Positions 17,993 through 27,559 of a DNA stretch of 64,000 nt are shown piece by piece. The notes under the pieces were generated by a model, which was not told the DNA's origin, did not search any database, and worked only from the letters and a program-made list of their open reading frames with translations. Made by a program: the position numbers and the translations under genes. The stretch is taken from NCBI GenBank assembly GCA_964555645.1, contig CAZKTA010000002.1, positions 226,016 to 290,015 of the forward strand, in the 5' to 3' direction. Every line of letters begins with the position of its first letter. Positions within the stretch are counted from its first letter, which is position 1. Origin of the DNA: an uncultured Verrucomicrobiota bacterium (GTDB lineage: Bacteria; Verrucomicrobiota; Verrucomicrobiia; Limisphaerales; DTLC01).

Positions 17993-19438
17993 ATGAACAC
18001 TCATCCCATGCAGTTTATGCTGTGGCGCAGATGCGCACGTCTAGCTGCGCTTGTGTTACTGGCATGGATAATCCTTGAACTGACACACATTGCTTATGCG
18101 CAGTTTGGGGTATTTCTTGCGACCAAAACGCTCACCAATTTCCAGCTTGGTTGGACCGACCTCGGCCCCACAACCGCTTACACTGTGCAATATCGTGATA
18201 ACCTATATGACCATCCGTGGCTAAACGCGCCGCATGCCGTGCCTTGGCCAGTAAATGTGCTGACATGGACTGACCCGCGTACAAACCCTGCGCCACAAAG
18301 GTTTTACCGCGTAATTGCAGTCGAAGCTCCACACCGGGGGCGACTGCTTTCAAGCACAGCCGTCGGCTTATACTCACGCTCTGAATTGGCATTCATTTTC
18401 TGGATGGCCGGCATCCCTATCACACCACAGTACGGCGTTGAGCTAGTCAAACTTCGGTATGAGACAGTCAATCCAAGCGGCGGCAAAGCAATCGCCTCCG
18501 GGCTGCTTGTACTTCCACAAGGCCTGACTAACAATCTACCACTGGTAAGCTATCAACACGGCACGGTCACAAGGACTAACGACGCACCTTCGATGACGAC
18601 ATCGTTTGACAGTGAGGTAATGGTGGCTGTTGTCATGGCAAGCTGCGGTTATGTGACGGTTGTAGCTGACTACCTCGGGCTGGGCGAGTCGCCCCCACTG
18701 CATCCGTATCATCACGCATGGACTGAGGCGACCGCGTGCGTGGATATGTTACGCGCCGCCAGAGCATACTGCACAAATTACAGCCGGACATTGAACGGTA
18801 AGTTGTTCCTTGCGGGGTATTCACAAGGCGGCCATGCTACAATGGCACTGCATCGCGAGCTTGAAACCTACCACTCAGACGAATTCACTGTGACAGCATC
18901 TGCGCCTATGGCAGGTGCATACGATCTATCAGGCACTACATTGGACGACTTTCTCTCGGATCGGCCAAAGCCAAATCCGTATTACTATGCTTACCTACTT
19001 GCGGCGTATGTAGAGGTTTACCGGCTTGCGCCGAGTTTGGCGGAAATTCTTGTGCCACCGTACAACACAACCCTGCCCCCGTTGCTCAAAGGCAATGCAG
19101 CAGGCGCACAAATCAACGCTGCGATGCCGGCCGACCCGCGCCAGATGATCAAGCCAGAGTACATGACCGCACTCCAACAACGTGCCGATCATCCGTTTCG
19201 AATCGCTCTTCGAGACAACGACGTTTACATTTGGAAACCGCGTGCACCAATCCGATTTTACCATTGTGGTGGTGACCAGGACGTCCTTATCGCAAACTCG
19301 CACTTGGCTACAAACGTAATGGCTGGTCTGGGCGCAACCAACGTTGCGCTTGTCATACCATCGGCAACATACGACCATCGCGCCTGTGCAATGCCAAGTC
19401 TGCTAGCCGCAAAATCATGGTTCGATTCGCTGAAATAG
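17993..19438 (+). CDS. Secreted lipase-like alpha/beta hydrolase with N-terminal beta-sandwich domain
   Basis: This is the in-frame ATG at 17993 inside ORF 17798..19438. It has a signal or transmembrane segment (LAALVLLAWIILE), a nucleophile elbow GYSQGGH, and an N-terminal domain ending in QRFYRVIAVE. Confidence 0.75.
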   Translation: MNTHPMQFMLWRRCARLAALVLLAWIILELTHIAYAQFGVFLATKTLTNFQLGWTDLGPTTAYTVQYRDNLYDHPWLNAPHAVPWPVNVLTWTDPRTNPAPQRFYRVIAVEAPHRGRLLSSTAVGLYSRSELAFIFWMAGIPITPQYGVELVKLRYETVNPSGGKAIASGLLVLPQGLTNNLPLVSYQHGTVTRTNDAPSMTTSFDSEVMVAVVMASCGYVTVVADYLGLGESPPLHPYHHAWTEATACVDMLRAARAYCTNYSRTLNGKLFLAGYSQGGHATMALHRELETYHSDEFTVTASAPMAGAYDLSGTTLDDFLSDRPKPNPYYYAYLLAAYVEVYRLAPSLAEILVPPYNTTLPPLLKGNAAGAQINAAMPADPRQMIKPEYMTALQQRADHPFRIALRDNDVYIWKPRAPIRFYHCGGDQDVLIANSHLATNVMAGLGATNVALVIPSATYDHRACAMPSLLAAKSWFDSLK

Positions 19439-19621
19439 ACGACTTGCGTTCTGGAAACGGCTTTTCGGATGCACACGCCACGCCTACTGGGAATCTACCC
19501 CGGACAAACGCTACGAACCTATTCCGGGGTCGCGCCCTATGGCCGAATCACAAATTCAATATTCCAGTGGCACTTAGGAAAGCTGCCTTGCCACAGCATC
19601 CGTAAAGCGTAGATTTGTAAT

Positions 19622-21415
19622 GTGTCACAACAAAAAAACGATCCGGAACACCTATGCACTCTAGCGTCGAGAGGCGCTGATGCAAACCGCGGCGAACTTG
19701 AATGTCTGCCGGCACAACTGAGTGGGATTAAACCGCCGCAATTCGAGTTAGTCTCGCTGTTGGGTGTGGACTATTTTCACGTAAAAACTGCTGATGGCGG
19801 TGATTTGTACCTGACACGGTTCGGGCTACGAATGTGGCAGAATCTGTTGCCACAAAACTGGTATTCACGCGAGTGGTTTGAATCAAAACGTGAACGGCTC
19901 GAAGGTAGCAGCACAATTTACAAAGTTCCGACCCGCCCGGTAAACGGACGTGCGTTGCAACTTGTTGTCAAATGGTCGCGTGTGGGTGAGGCAGTCCCGC
20001 TGGACACACTCACGATCACAAAATTCATTAATGCTGAGTTTAACAGTCCGTTCGAAGAATTCGCCTTGTTAATGGAACTGCGCAGGAGTGAACTTGGCCC
20101 GCCGGACATTAGAGTCCGCACACAAAGGCCACTGGCAATCTTTGTGCCGAGCCAACGGCTTCAACTTTGGCAAACAGGCAGGTCCGAAGACAAAATCCGG
20201 GCCAAAATAGCGCGCCATCCAGGAGTGGAGCTGGACATACTGCGGCAATACGTGCTGTTGTTTGGTTGGATTGACGGGCTTGACGCGGTCAAAGCCGCTG
20301 ACACGCTCGGGCTTGAAGGCCGTGCGCGGGCTGAATTCTTTGCACGTGTAACAAGCCTTGCCAACCACGAACTTCTACTCAAGGGGTATCGCGTAATTGA
20401 CATGAAACCCGAGCATGTGATCTTACGGTTCCGGCGCCGTGGCGAATTGCTGCGCGAGCGCAGCGGGCAAATCGCTTACGCGCTGGTCGATTACGAACTG
20501 CTTGAGCGCACGCCAGAGCATGAGCAGGCCGTGCGCACGGCCAATCGGCAGATTTACCTTAAACACATGGCGCGGCGGTTCGATGCGCAACTGGCAAAAC
20601 CGCCCCCTGAACACCTTCGCTCAACAAACCTGCTGGGCGTGGATTACGTGTTCGGCCGCGCCGAAAGCACGGGCGGCTTGATCTGGGTGGTCGGCAAAGA
20701 CCCGGACCTGTTCAACTATTTCCTGCCAGAACGCTGGCGGCGCACGCCGAAGCGGAGTCTGTCCGACCGAAACCGTGTATTCCACACGCGGACCAAGGAC
20801 AACATCAACCTGGTTTGGAAGGTATCGCGCATGGGCGAGGTGCCCGAGTTCGGCGAGTTGCATACCAACGCCAATGCCGCCAACGCACACGGCTACAACA
20901 GTCCGTTCGAGGAGTTTGCTTATGCGCTTGAGCTTGCGCATGCCGGCATTAAGACCGTGTACCCACGTGCAATTTACATGACTGGACGCAAAGGCCGCAG
21001 TCCACACGAGATGCAAGATAATCGGCGGTTCATTTCGCTGGCACATTTACGCACGCCTGAAGGCGAACCAGCAGTGCGCCAGGATTGTGATTACATAACA
21101 ATCTGGGGGTATTGGAACGGGCCGGATGAACTGCTGGCTGTACAAGACGGCAGTTATTACACGGCTGTAAACGTTGAGCAGGCGCAACAGCAAGGACTAA
21201 TCTCCGCCGGCATGCTCAATGAATTATTGCTCGCAACTAAAGCCAAACTAGCTGCCACAGGTTTCGAAGACTTGAGCTTGAAACCAGATCATTTGCTGAT
21301 GTCGCTCGGACCGGACGGCAAAATTGTTTTGGATGAAACCGGCAAACCTGAATTGCGCCTGTGCAACCTCGAGCTGGTACGGAAACTTCCCGTTACCCAA
21401 TCCGGCACAACCTGA
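19622..21415 (+). CDS. Hypothetical protein with two tandem atypical protein-kinase-like (Kdo/WaaP/RIO-like) domains
   Basis: The internal duplication is visible at protein and DNA level. Domain 1 has VVKWSRVGE...NSPFEEFALLMELR...IDMKPEHVIL...LVDYELL. Domain 2 has VWKVSRMGE...NSPFEEFAYALELAHAGIKT...LSLKPDHLLM...LCNLELV. The family assignment is by motif logic only. Confidence 0.6.
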   Translation: MSQQKNDPEHLCTLASRGADANRGELECLPAQLSGIKPPQFELVSLLGVDYFHVKTADGGDLYLTRFGLRMWQNLLPQNWYSREWFESKRERLEGSSTIYKVPTRPVNGRALQLVVKWSRVGEAVPLDTLTITKFINAEFNSPFEEFALLMELRRSELGPPDIRVRTQRPLAIFVPSQRLQLWQTGRSEDKIRAKIARHPGVELDILRQYVLLFGWIDGLDAVKAADTLGLEGRARAEFFARVTSLANHELLLKGYRVIDMKPEHVILRFRRRGELLRERSGQIAYALVDYELLERTPEHEQAVRTANRQIYLKHMARRFDAQLAKPPPEHLRSTNLLGVDYVFGRAESTGGLIWVVGKDPDLFNYFLPERWRRTPKRSLSDRNRVFHTRTKDNINLVWKVSRMGEVPEFGELHTNANAANAHGYNSPFEEFAYALELAHAGIKTVYPRAIYMTGRKGRSPHEMQDNRRFISLAHLRTPEGEPAVRQDCDYITIWGYWNGPDELLAVQDGSYYTAVNVEQAQQQGLISAGMLNELLLATKAKLAATGFEDLSLKPDHLLMSLGPDGKIVLDETGKPELRLCNLELVRKLPVTQSGTT

Positions 21416-21472
21416 TCGCGCACCTGGTGGCCTGCCCATAACGACACTAGACGCAGAACGGGAAGTTTTGCA

Positions 21473-22381
21473 GTGTTTGGGTTGCATGCAGTAAAAGTTG
21501 CGATAGTATCACAACCGATGCACACAGGTAACGCGTCAGTGAACACCACAGAAAGTGCAAACGGACCGCATGCTCAGGGTAAAACCAGCAAACGTGCGCA
21601 GCCGCTAGCAGGCGTGCGTGTTGTTGTCACACGGACACGTGACCAGGCACCGGAGTTAACCCAACCACTTGCCGAGCGCGGCGCCGAGGTATTGGAGATC
21701 CCGGTCATTAAAATTGAACCACCGTCACAATTCAACGACCTAAACGATGCACTGCAGACACTTGGTGAATACGACTGGCTTGTGTTTACTAGCGTCAATG
21801 GCGTACGCGCGTTCTTTGACTACTTCTTCAAAACATTCGAAGACCTACGTGACATCGGCGCAGTACGAATAGCGGCTGTTGGCCCCGCCACAGCAGCCAA
21901 GATCAGGGAACTACACCTCAAAGTTGACGTGATGCCTACCGAGCACGTCGGCGCAAAAATTGCGGGTGCAATCGCCAAGTACCAGAACATCGAAAATGTC
22001 AAAATCTGTTTGCTCAGGGCTGAAGGCGCAAACCCTGACCTACCGCGCGCATTAGAGGCGCTGGGCGCAATCGTGGACGATATCCCGTGCTATCGCACGG
22101 TAATGGACACGGATGATCCGGCGGGTGCAGCTGCACAATTGCTCGAAAAAGGCACCGACTGGATCACTTTTACCAGTGGCTTAACGGTAAAGTTTTTTAA
22201 TGCACGGTTCGACATCGTCCAACTGCTCAAAAAGTTTCCGCAAATCAAATTTGCTTCGATCGGTCCTGAAACAAGCGCAGCTCTGACTGCACTTGGAGTC
22301 ACTGCTACCGTTGAAGCTAAAAAACATACTGTCGACGGGCTTGTGGCCGCACTAGAAAAACACTTGCGCGCATGTGCTTGA
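21473..22381 (+). CDS. hemD: Uroporphyrinogen-III synthase
   Basis: It has GVRVVVTRTRDQAPELTQPLAERGAEVLEIPVIKIEP, and the two-lobed HemD pattern is repeated later (DWITFTSGLTVKFF). The true start is probably downstream, for example the ATG at 21518. Confidence 0.8.
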   Translation: MFGLHAVKVAIVSQPMHTGNASVNTTESANGPHAQGKTSKRAQPLAGVRVVVTRTRDQAPELTQPLAERGAEVLEIPVIKIEPPSQFNDLNDALQTLGEYDWLVFTSVNGVRAFFDYFFKTFEDLRDIGAVRIAAVGPATAAKIRELHLKVDVMPTEHVGAKIAGAIAKYQNIENVKICLLRAEGANPDLPRALEALGAIVDDIPCYRTVMDTDDPAGAAAQLLEKGTDWITFTSGLTVKFFNARFDIVQLLKKFPQIKFASIGPETSAALTALGVTATVEAKKHTVDGLVAALEKHLRACA

Positions 22382-22569
22382 GCCGAACACACAAGCGCAA
22401 CCGATCCGCACACTCACCAACACGTACGCGAACAAAACTGCCGGTATTATTGTCAAACTTGGTACCGGGCAATTTGTCCTGGCAAAAACCACCGGCGCAG
22501 CACTAAATCATGCACCCGATGCTTGCGCGCCGGGCATGCCCGGAGCAAGACTTTGTTCAGGTCTGATTC

Positions 22570-24417
22570 ATGGTGAACTGGTTCGACAAAGGCGTCAGAA
22601 ACAGCCCTTGTGGGCTGCCAGCATGGCTTCGCGCAAGGGTCGTAGTGTTTACTTTGGTAGCGTTTCTAGCCGGTGCACTTGTCATTAACGCACAAAGTTT
22701 CACTGCAACACTTGACCGCCACACAATCACACTAGGTGAAAGCGCCACGCTGTCGCTCACATTCCAAGGCGGTACACCTAAAGAGATACCGGCACTACCT
22801 AATATCCAAAACCTGCGAATTACCTACATCGGACAGTCTAGCCAGTTCAGCTTCGTCAACGGTTCGATGACATCGTCGGTGTCGTATAATTTTACCCTGA
22901 CACCGACGCATCCGGGCGAATTCGAAATTCCGGCGCTGCAGACGACCATTGACGGTAAAACTGTATCGTCCAAGCCCGTGAAACTACGTGTGCTAAGCCC
23001 AAGCCAAACACCACCCGAGGCAATCGAGTCAGGCGAACAAATTGCGTTCTTGAAACTGCTTGTGCCCAAAAGGCAGGTGTTTGTAGGCGAGATTATAGTT
23101 GCAGAACTCCAGTTTTACATTCGCGCTGGTACACAGCTCGCCGCACAACCGCAACTTACTGCATTGCCAACCGACGGGCTGACCGTAGGCAAAATTGCTG
23201 AAGGCAGACACCGCCAAACGCAATTTGGCAATACTCTGTACGTAGTGCTCCCTTACTACGTTGCGCTGATGGTTGTCAAATCTGGCAAGCTAAGTCTCGG
23301 CCCTGTAACAGCCAACATTATTGTCCAACAGCCTTCCCCCAGACGACAGCGTGATCCGTTCTTCGATTTGTTCGGCATGCGCGACCCGTTTGACGTTTTC
23401 AACGTCGAACAAAAACAAGTACCCGTTGCAGCAGACGCAGAGGTACTTGAGGCATTGGCTGTCCCCGTCCAAAATGCGCCTCCGCACTTCAACGGCGCCG
23501 TCGGGAACTACTCGCTGACTTTCAGCGCAGGCCCCACGAACGTCGCAGTCGGCGACCCGATAACCGTGCGCGTCCAAGTCGCTGGCCGCGGTGCGCTCGA
23601 CTTATTGACACTGCCGGAGCAATCTGCCTGGGCGAAGTTCAAAGCTTTCCCGGCTACATCGAAGCCAGCCGAGACAACCGATCCACTCGGTGTCGAAGGT
23701 GTCAAAACATTCGAGCAAGTACTTGTGCCACAATCAGATGACATAACCGAGTTGCCTCCGTTTATCTTTAGCTTTTTCGACCCAGACGCGCGTGTGTTTC
23801 GTACGCTAAAAGGCCCGGCTGTACAATTAGTGGTCCGACCTGCCGCTGCAACACCTAGACCAACGGTTGTAGCCGGCGGCGGACCACAAGACAAGTTACC
23901 CGCCCCAGACATTGTCCCAATCAAACAACGGCTCGGCACGGTTGCAACTGCCAAGCCGCCCATGCTGCACCAGCCGTTATTCTGGGTCGTGCAGGCATGT
24001 CCGGTACTTGCCTGGCTTGGCTTATTGGCGTGGCGAAAACGCGCCGAGGCACTGGCAAATAACCCGCGCTTGCGCAGACAACGCGAAGTTGCGCGGGTTA
24101 TCCGTAACGGCTTGGCGCAACTCGACCGGTTGGCAGCACAAAACAACTCGGACGAGTTCTTTGCCACGTTGCATAAGCTGTTACAGGAACAACTCGGTGA
24201 ACGACTTGACCTGCCCGCCTCTGCAATAACCGAAGCGGTCATCGAGCAACATCTACAGGGACGCGGCCTGCCGGAGCAAACTATTCAAACATTGCACGAG
24301 CTTTTTCAACTGTGCGACCAGGCACGATTCGCCCCGGTTAAAACTACACAACAACTCATCGCATTGGTGCCAAAAACCAGGTTTGTGCTCGAGCAATTGC
24401 GAAATTGGACACCATGA
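22570..24417 (+). CDS. BatD-family (oxygen-tolerance) protein
   Basis: The 615 aa product has a signal/transmembrane segment, then SFTATLDRHTITLGESATLSLTFQGG and repeated beta-rich modules. A late transmembrane segment (LFWVVQACPVLAWLGLLAW) and a C-terminal helical domain match BatD architecture. Confidence 0.7.
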   Translation: MVNWFDKGVRNSPCGLPAWLRARVVVFTLVAFLAGALVINAQSFTATLDRHTITLGESATLSLTFQGGTPKEIPALPNIQNLRITYIGQSSQFSFVNGSMTSSVSYNFTLTPTHPGEFEIPALQTTIDGKTVSSKPVKLRVLSPSQTPPEAIESGEQIAFLKLLVPKRQVFVGEIIVAELQFYIRAGTQLAAQPQLTALPTDGLTVGKIAEGRHRQTQFGNTLYVVLPYYVALMVVKSGKLSLGPVTANIIVQQPSPRRQRDPFFDLFGMRDPFDVFNVEQKQVPVAADAEVLEALAVPVQNAPPHFNGAVGNYSLTFSAGPTNVAVGDPITVRVQVAGRGALDLLTLPEQSAWAKFKAFPATSKPAETTDPLGVEGVKTFEQVLVPQSDDITELPPFIFSFFDPDARVFRTLKGPAVQLVVRPAAATPRPTVVAGGGPQDKLPAPDIVPIKQRLGTVATAKPPMLHQPLFWVVQACPVLAWLGLLAWRKRAEALANNPRLRRQREVARVIRNGLAQLDRLAAQNNSDEFFATLHKLLQEQLGERLDLPASAITEAVIEQHLQGRGLPEQTIQTLHELFQLCDQARFAPVKTTQQLIALVPKTRFVLEQLRNWTP

Positions 24418-25217
24418 AACTGCGTGCGCACATCCTTGTTTTGCTCATGCCTGCCCTCATAGCCAGCGGCCCCATCAGCGGCTTTTGTGCTGCTGATGTT
24501 ACAAATCAGTTCGAGACCGCAAACCGTTTGTACCAACAGGGCAAATTCGACGAGGCAATAACAGCGTACCAAAGATCACTCGATCACGGGGTCGTTGCAC
24601 CTGCGTTATACTTTAACCTCGGCAATGCATACTTCAAGTCAGGCCAGCTCGGCCGCGCAATTGCAGCATACAAAATGGCGCAACAATTCAGTCCTCGCGA
24701 CCCAGACATTCGTGCAAACCTTCAATTCGCACGCAACCAGGTACAGCCGCCTACTTTCCCTGCAAACAAGCTTGCTCAATGGCTCGGCATGTTCACATTG
24801 AACGAGTGGACCACATTTGCAGCCGCGGTTTTTTGGGTATTTTTTGTCTTGCTTGCTGTTGGCGAGGCGAGGCCGCAGTTAAAACGGCGCACGCGGCCCT
24901 ACATCTGGTTTGCCGGGAGTGCATTTGTTATTCTCGCAGCATCCCTAGTCACGGCATATATTGCACAACGTAATGCGACAAGAATCGCAATTATCGTTGA
25001 GCCGGAGGTTGCAGTTCGGCAAGGCCCGCTCGACGATGCGCCGAAAGCTTTCGTCGTGCACGACGGCGCCGAGCTAAAAGTTTTGGATCAAAAAGACGAC
25101 TGGCTACAAGTCAGCGTTGCCCCGGGCAGATTCGGCTGGGTAAACCGAGCTGCAGTTGTGATACCAAACACAATCCAAAACACGCCGTCGGCTTTGAAGA
25201 TAAACCGGCCAAACTGA
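24405..25217 (+). CDS. TPR plus SH3-domain membrane protein (BatE-like)
   Basis: It overlaps batD by 13 nt. It has TPR motifs (ANRLYQQGKFDEAITAYQ, YFNLGNAYFKSGQLGRAIAAYK), two transmembrane segments and a C-terminal SH3-like region (DDWLQVSVAPGRFGWVN). Confidence 0.7.
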   Translation: MDTMKLRAHILVLLMPALIASGPISGFCAADVTNQFETANRLYQQGKFDEAITAYQRSLDHGVVAPALYFNLGNAYFKSGQLGRAIAAYKMAQQFSPRDPDIRANLQFARNQVQPPTFPANKLAQWLGMFTLNEWTTFAAAVFWVFFVLLAVGEARPQLKRRTRPYIWFAGSAFVILAASLVTAYIAQRNATRIAIIVEPEVAVRQGPLDDAPKAFVVHDGAELKVLDQKDDWLQVSVAPGRFGWVNRAAVVIPNTIQNTPSALKINRPN

Positions 25218-25317
25218 GTTACCACAAAAAACAAACTTCGCGAAATAGAAACCGGCACCAGACACCACCAGTGAGTTTAGCCTTTCGGTTTCAGGCTTTG
25301 TTGACTAAGCTGCGGCC

Positions 25318-26550
25318 GTGGAATCAACACCGGTGCTAGGCGCGATTGCATTTGTCGTTTGTGCCGGAGCAAGCTTCTTTTTCGCACTGGCCGAGACAGC
25401 TTTGTTGTCACTCGGCAAATGGCAGCTCGAACAACTTGTCCAAAACGGCACCAAAACAGCCAAGACTGTTCAATCACTGCTTGTTAACCCAGACGACCTG
25501 CTCGCCACGATTGTGCTGGGCAACACATTTGCCACAGCAGGCATGGTCGGCGTTGCACTGTGGGTGGCGTTCCACGGGTACTGGCCGTTAATCCCCACCG
25601 TAGTTGTGTTACTGGTTGTCGTATTGCTCGGCTGCGAAGTGCTGCCCAAAACACTTGCCGTGCGCCGGCCTGAACGGTGGTCTTTGCGCGTCGCACAACC
25701 AATGAAAATGATCCACACACTGAGCGGACCGGCACGCACAATTGCACAAAGACTTAACACTGCAATACTCAGGGCTTTGTTGCCCACATCAGTCAAACCG
25801 CGCCCGGCTATCACAGACGAAGAATATCAAGAACTGCTCGATCTAGCTTTTCAACAGGGCGCACTGGCTAAATCAGAACGCGACATCATACTGCAGATCA
25901 TCAGCCTCGACCGCCGCACCGTGCGTGAGGTCATGACACCACGCGCTCAAATGCAAACTGTCTCCGACGACGCCTCAATCGAGGAAATGATCGAAGCCGC
26001 GCGCAAATTCAAAAAAGCCCGTCTGCCTATTCACGACGAGGCAACCGACACAATCGTCGGCATACTAAACACACGCGTGTTATTGCTTGACCCACAGGCA
26101 GACCTGGCCGACGCAATTGAGATACCGTCTTTTGTGCCCGAAAGCATGAACCTGCTTCAACTTCTCAAAAGCTTGCAACAGCAGCAACGCGGGCTTGCGA
26201 TTGTACTTGATGAATTTGGCGATCTAGCAGGCATGGTCACAACCGAAGACATCCTGGCTGAAATTGTCGGGGGTATCAAAAGCGATCTTGCCCACGAAAA
26301 CATCGTGCTGGAACGACTCGGTCCCGGCAAATGGCGCGTCAGCGGCGCATTGCGCCTTGATGACTTCAGGCGTGAATACCCGGCTATTGGTGATGTGCCA
26401 GAGATCGAAACCATGGGCGGGCTGCTGACAAGTTTGCTCGATGCAGTGCCCGTCCAGGGCCAGTCGGCAGTGTTCCGCGGGCTTAGATTGACTGCGCACA
26501 TAACAGACGAACGTCGTGTGCGCGAGTTGCTGATCGAGGTGGTCAAATAA
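25318..26550 (+). CDS. CNNM/CorB-family (DUF21-CBS-CorC_HlyC) putative Mg/Co efflux protein, paralog 1
   Basis: The 410 aa product has an N-terminal DUF21 membrane domain (AETALLSL, GCEVLPKT), a CBS pair, and a C-terminal transporter-associated domain (RVSGALRLDDFRREY...). Confidence 0.85.
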   Translation: MESTPVLGAIAFVVCAGASFFFALAETALLSLGKWQLEQLVQNGTKTAKTVQSLLVNPDDLLATIVLGNTFATAGMVGVALWVAFHGYWPLIPTVVVLLVVVLLGCEVLPKTLAVRRPERWSLRVAQPMKMIHTLSGPARTIAQRLNTAILRALLPTSVKPRPAITDEEYQELLDLAFQQGALAKSERDIILQIISLDRRTVREVMTPRAQMQTVSDDASIEEMIEAARKFKKARLPIHDEATDTIVGILNTRVLLLDPQADLADAIEIPSFVPESMNLLQLLKSLQQQQRGLAIVLDEFGDLAGMVTTEDILAEIVGGIKSDLAHENIVLERLGPGKWRVSGALRLDDFRREYPAIGDVPEIETMGGLLTSLLDAVPVQGQSAVFRGLRLTAHITDERRVRELLIEVVK

Positions 26551-26552
26551 AA

Positions 26553-27557
26553 ATGGGCATTGAACTTGTCAAATTTGATCCCGTGAAGTTCCTCCTTCTG
26601 ACGGCTAGTTTGTGCCTGTCGTTTCTGTTATCGGGTATGGAAGCCGGCGTATTTGCGCTAAACCGGCTACGCATCCGGCACATGGCACGCTCCGGTAATG
26701 TATCGGCCAAATTGCTGCAGGCGTACCTGGAAAATCCGGAAAACTTTCTGTGGACAATCATGGTCGGTAACACAGTGGTTAATTTTGTCATACTCGGCCT
26801 GTTGATGGCTGCCCTTAATGTTGCTTTCGGCGACCGACGCATTTTGTTTATCGGCGCATTTACGATTGTGGTGTTCCTTTTCTACACGTTTAGCGATTTG
26901 TTGCCCAAGATGTTGTTCAGGTTGTACCCGAACAGGCTTTGCCTTGCGTTGGCGCGCCCGTTTCGATTCGTGCACGTCGGTCTGCGGCCACTGGTGCGTT
27001 TTGTCGAGCTGTGCTCGGCCATCACACTTCGGTGGTCGGGCGGAAAGGCCTTCACTGGCCGGCTGTTCGGCAACCGCGAAGAATTGCGTCTGCTCATGCG
27101 CGAATCGGCAGGCACGTTCACGTCTGAAGAACGCGCCATGATAAACCGCGTGCTTGACCTACAAACATTGACAGTCAAGCAGGTCACCACACCACTAGCC
27201 AGAACCGTTGGCGTGGATGCGCAAGCTACAGTTGAAGACGTGTTCAGGCTGTGCCGAGAGCACAACCTGACACGGTTGCCGGTTTGGGACATGCGCGACG
27301 GTCGCCGCAGAATAATTGGCATAGTTAGTCTCGACACCTTGTTGTTCATGCAGGGGGTTGACCTGCACAAATTGATTGCCGAATTCGTCAAACCGGCCGT
27401 TTACATCGATCATGACACACGGCTTGAGCTTGCACTGCGCCAACTGCAACGCAGCGGCCAGCGCATGGCCGTTGTGCTCGGACCAGACGCGCGCGAAATC
27501 GGGATTGTAACCTTGGCGGACATACTCAAGACCATATTTGGCGAGATCACACTCTGA
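26553..27557 (+). CDS. CNNM-family protein, paralog 2 (DUF21 plus CBS pair, no CorC_HlyC domain)
   Basis: The 334 aa product starts 2 nt after paralog 1 ends. DUF21 and CBS regions are recognisable, but the protein ends right after the CBS pair (..LADILKTIFGEITL). Confidence 0.8.
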   Translation: MGIELVKFDPVKFLLLTASLCLSFLLSGMEAGVFALNRLRIRHMARSGNVSAKLLQAYLENPENFLWTIMVGNTVVNFVILGLLMAALNVAFGDRRILFIGAFTIVVFLFYTFSDLLPKMLFRLYPNRLCLALARPFRFVHVGLRPLVRFVELCSAITLRWSGGKAFTGRLFGNREELRLLMRESAGTFTSEERAMINRVLDLQTLTVKQVTTPLARTVGVDAQATVEDVFRLCREHNLTRLPVWDMRDGRRRIIGIVSLDTLLFMQGVDLHKLIAEFVKPAVYIDHDTRLELALRQLQRSGQRMAVVLGPDAREIGIVTLADILKTIFGEITL

Positions 27558-27559
27558 AA

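Noticed and set aside
23508-24242. Long antisense or alternative-frame ORFs inside confident genes. Examples: 23508..24242(-), 8690..9376(+), 10086..10763(+), 4986..5624(-), 26882..27391(-), 47987..48652(+), 50577..51218(+), 56514..57362(+), 59907..60593(+)
   Set aside because: All lie fully within well-supported genes on the other strand or frame. They have Arg/Ser/Cys/Pro-rich compositions typical of shadow ORFs in GC-rich DNA and show no family motifs.
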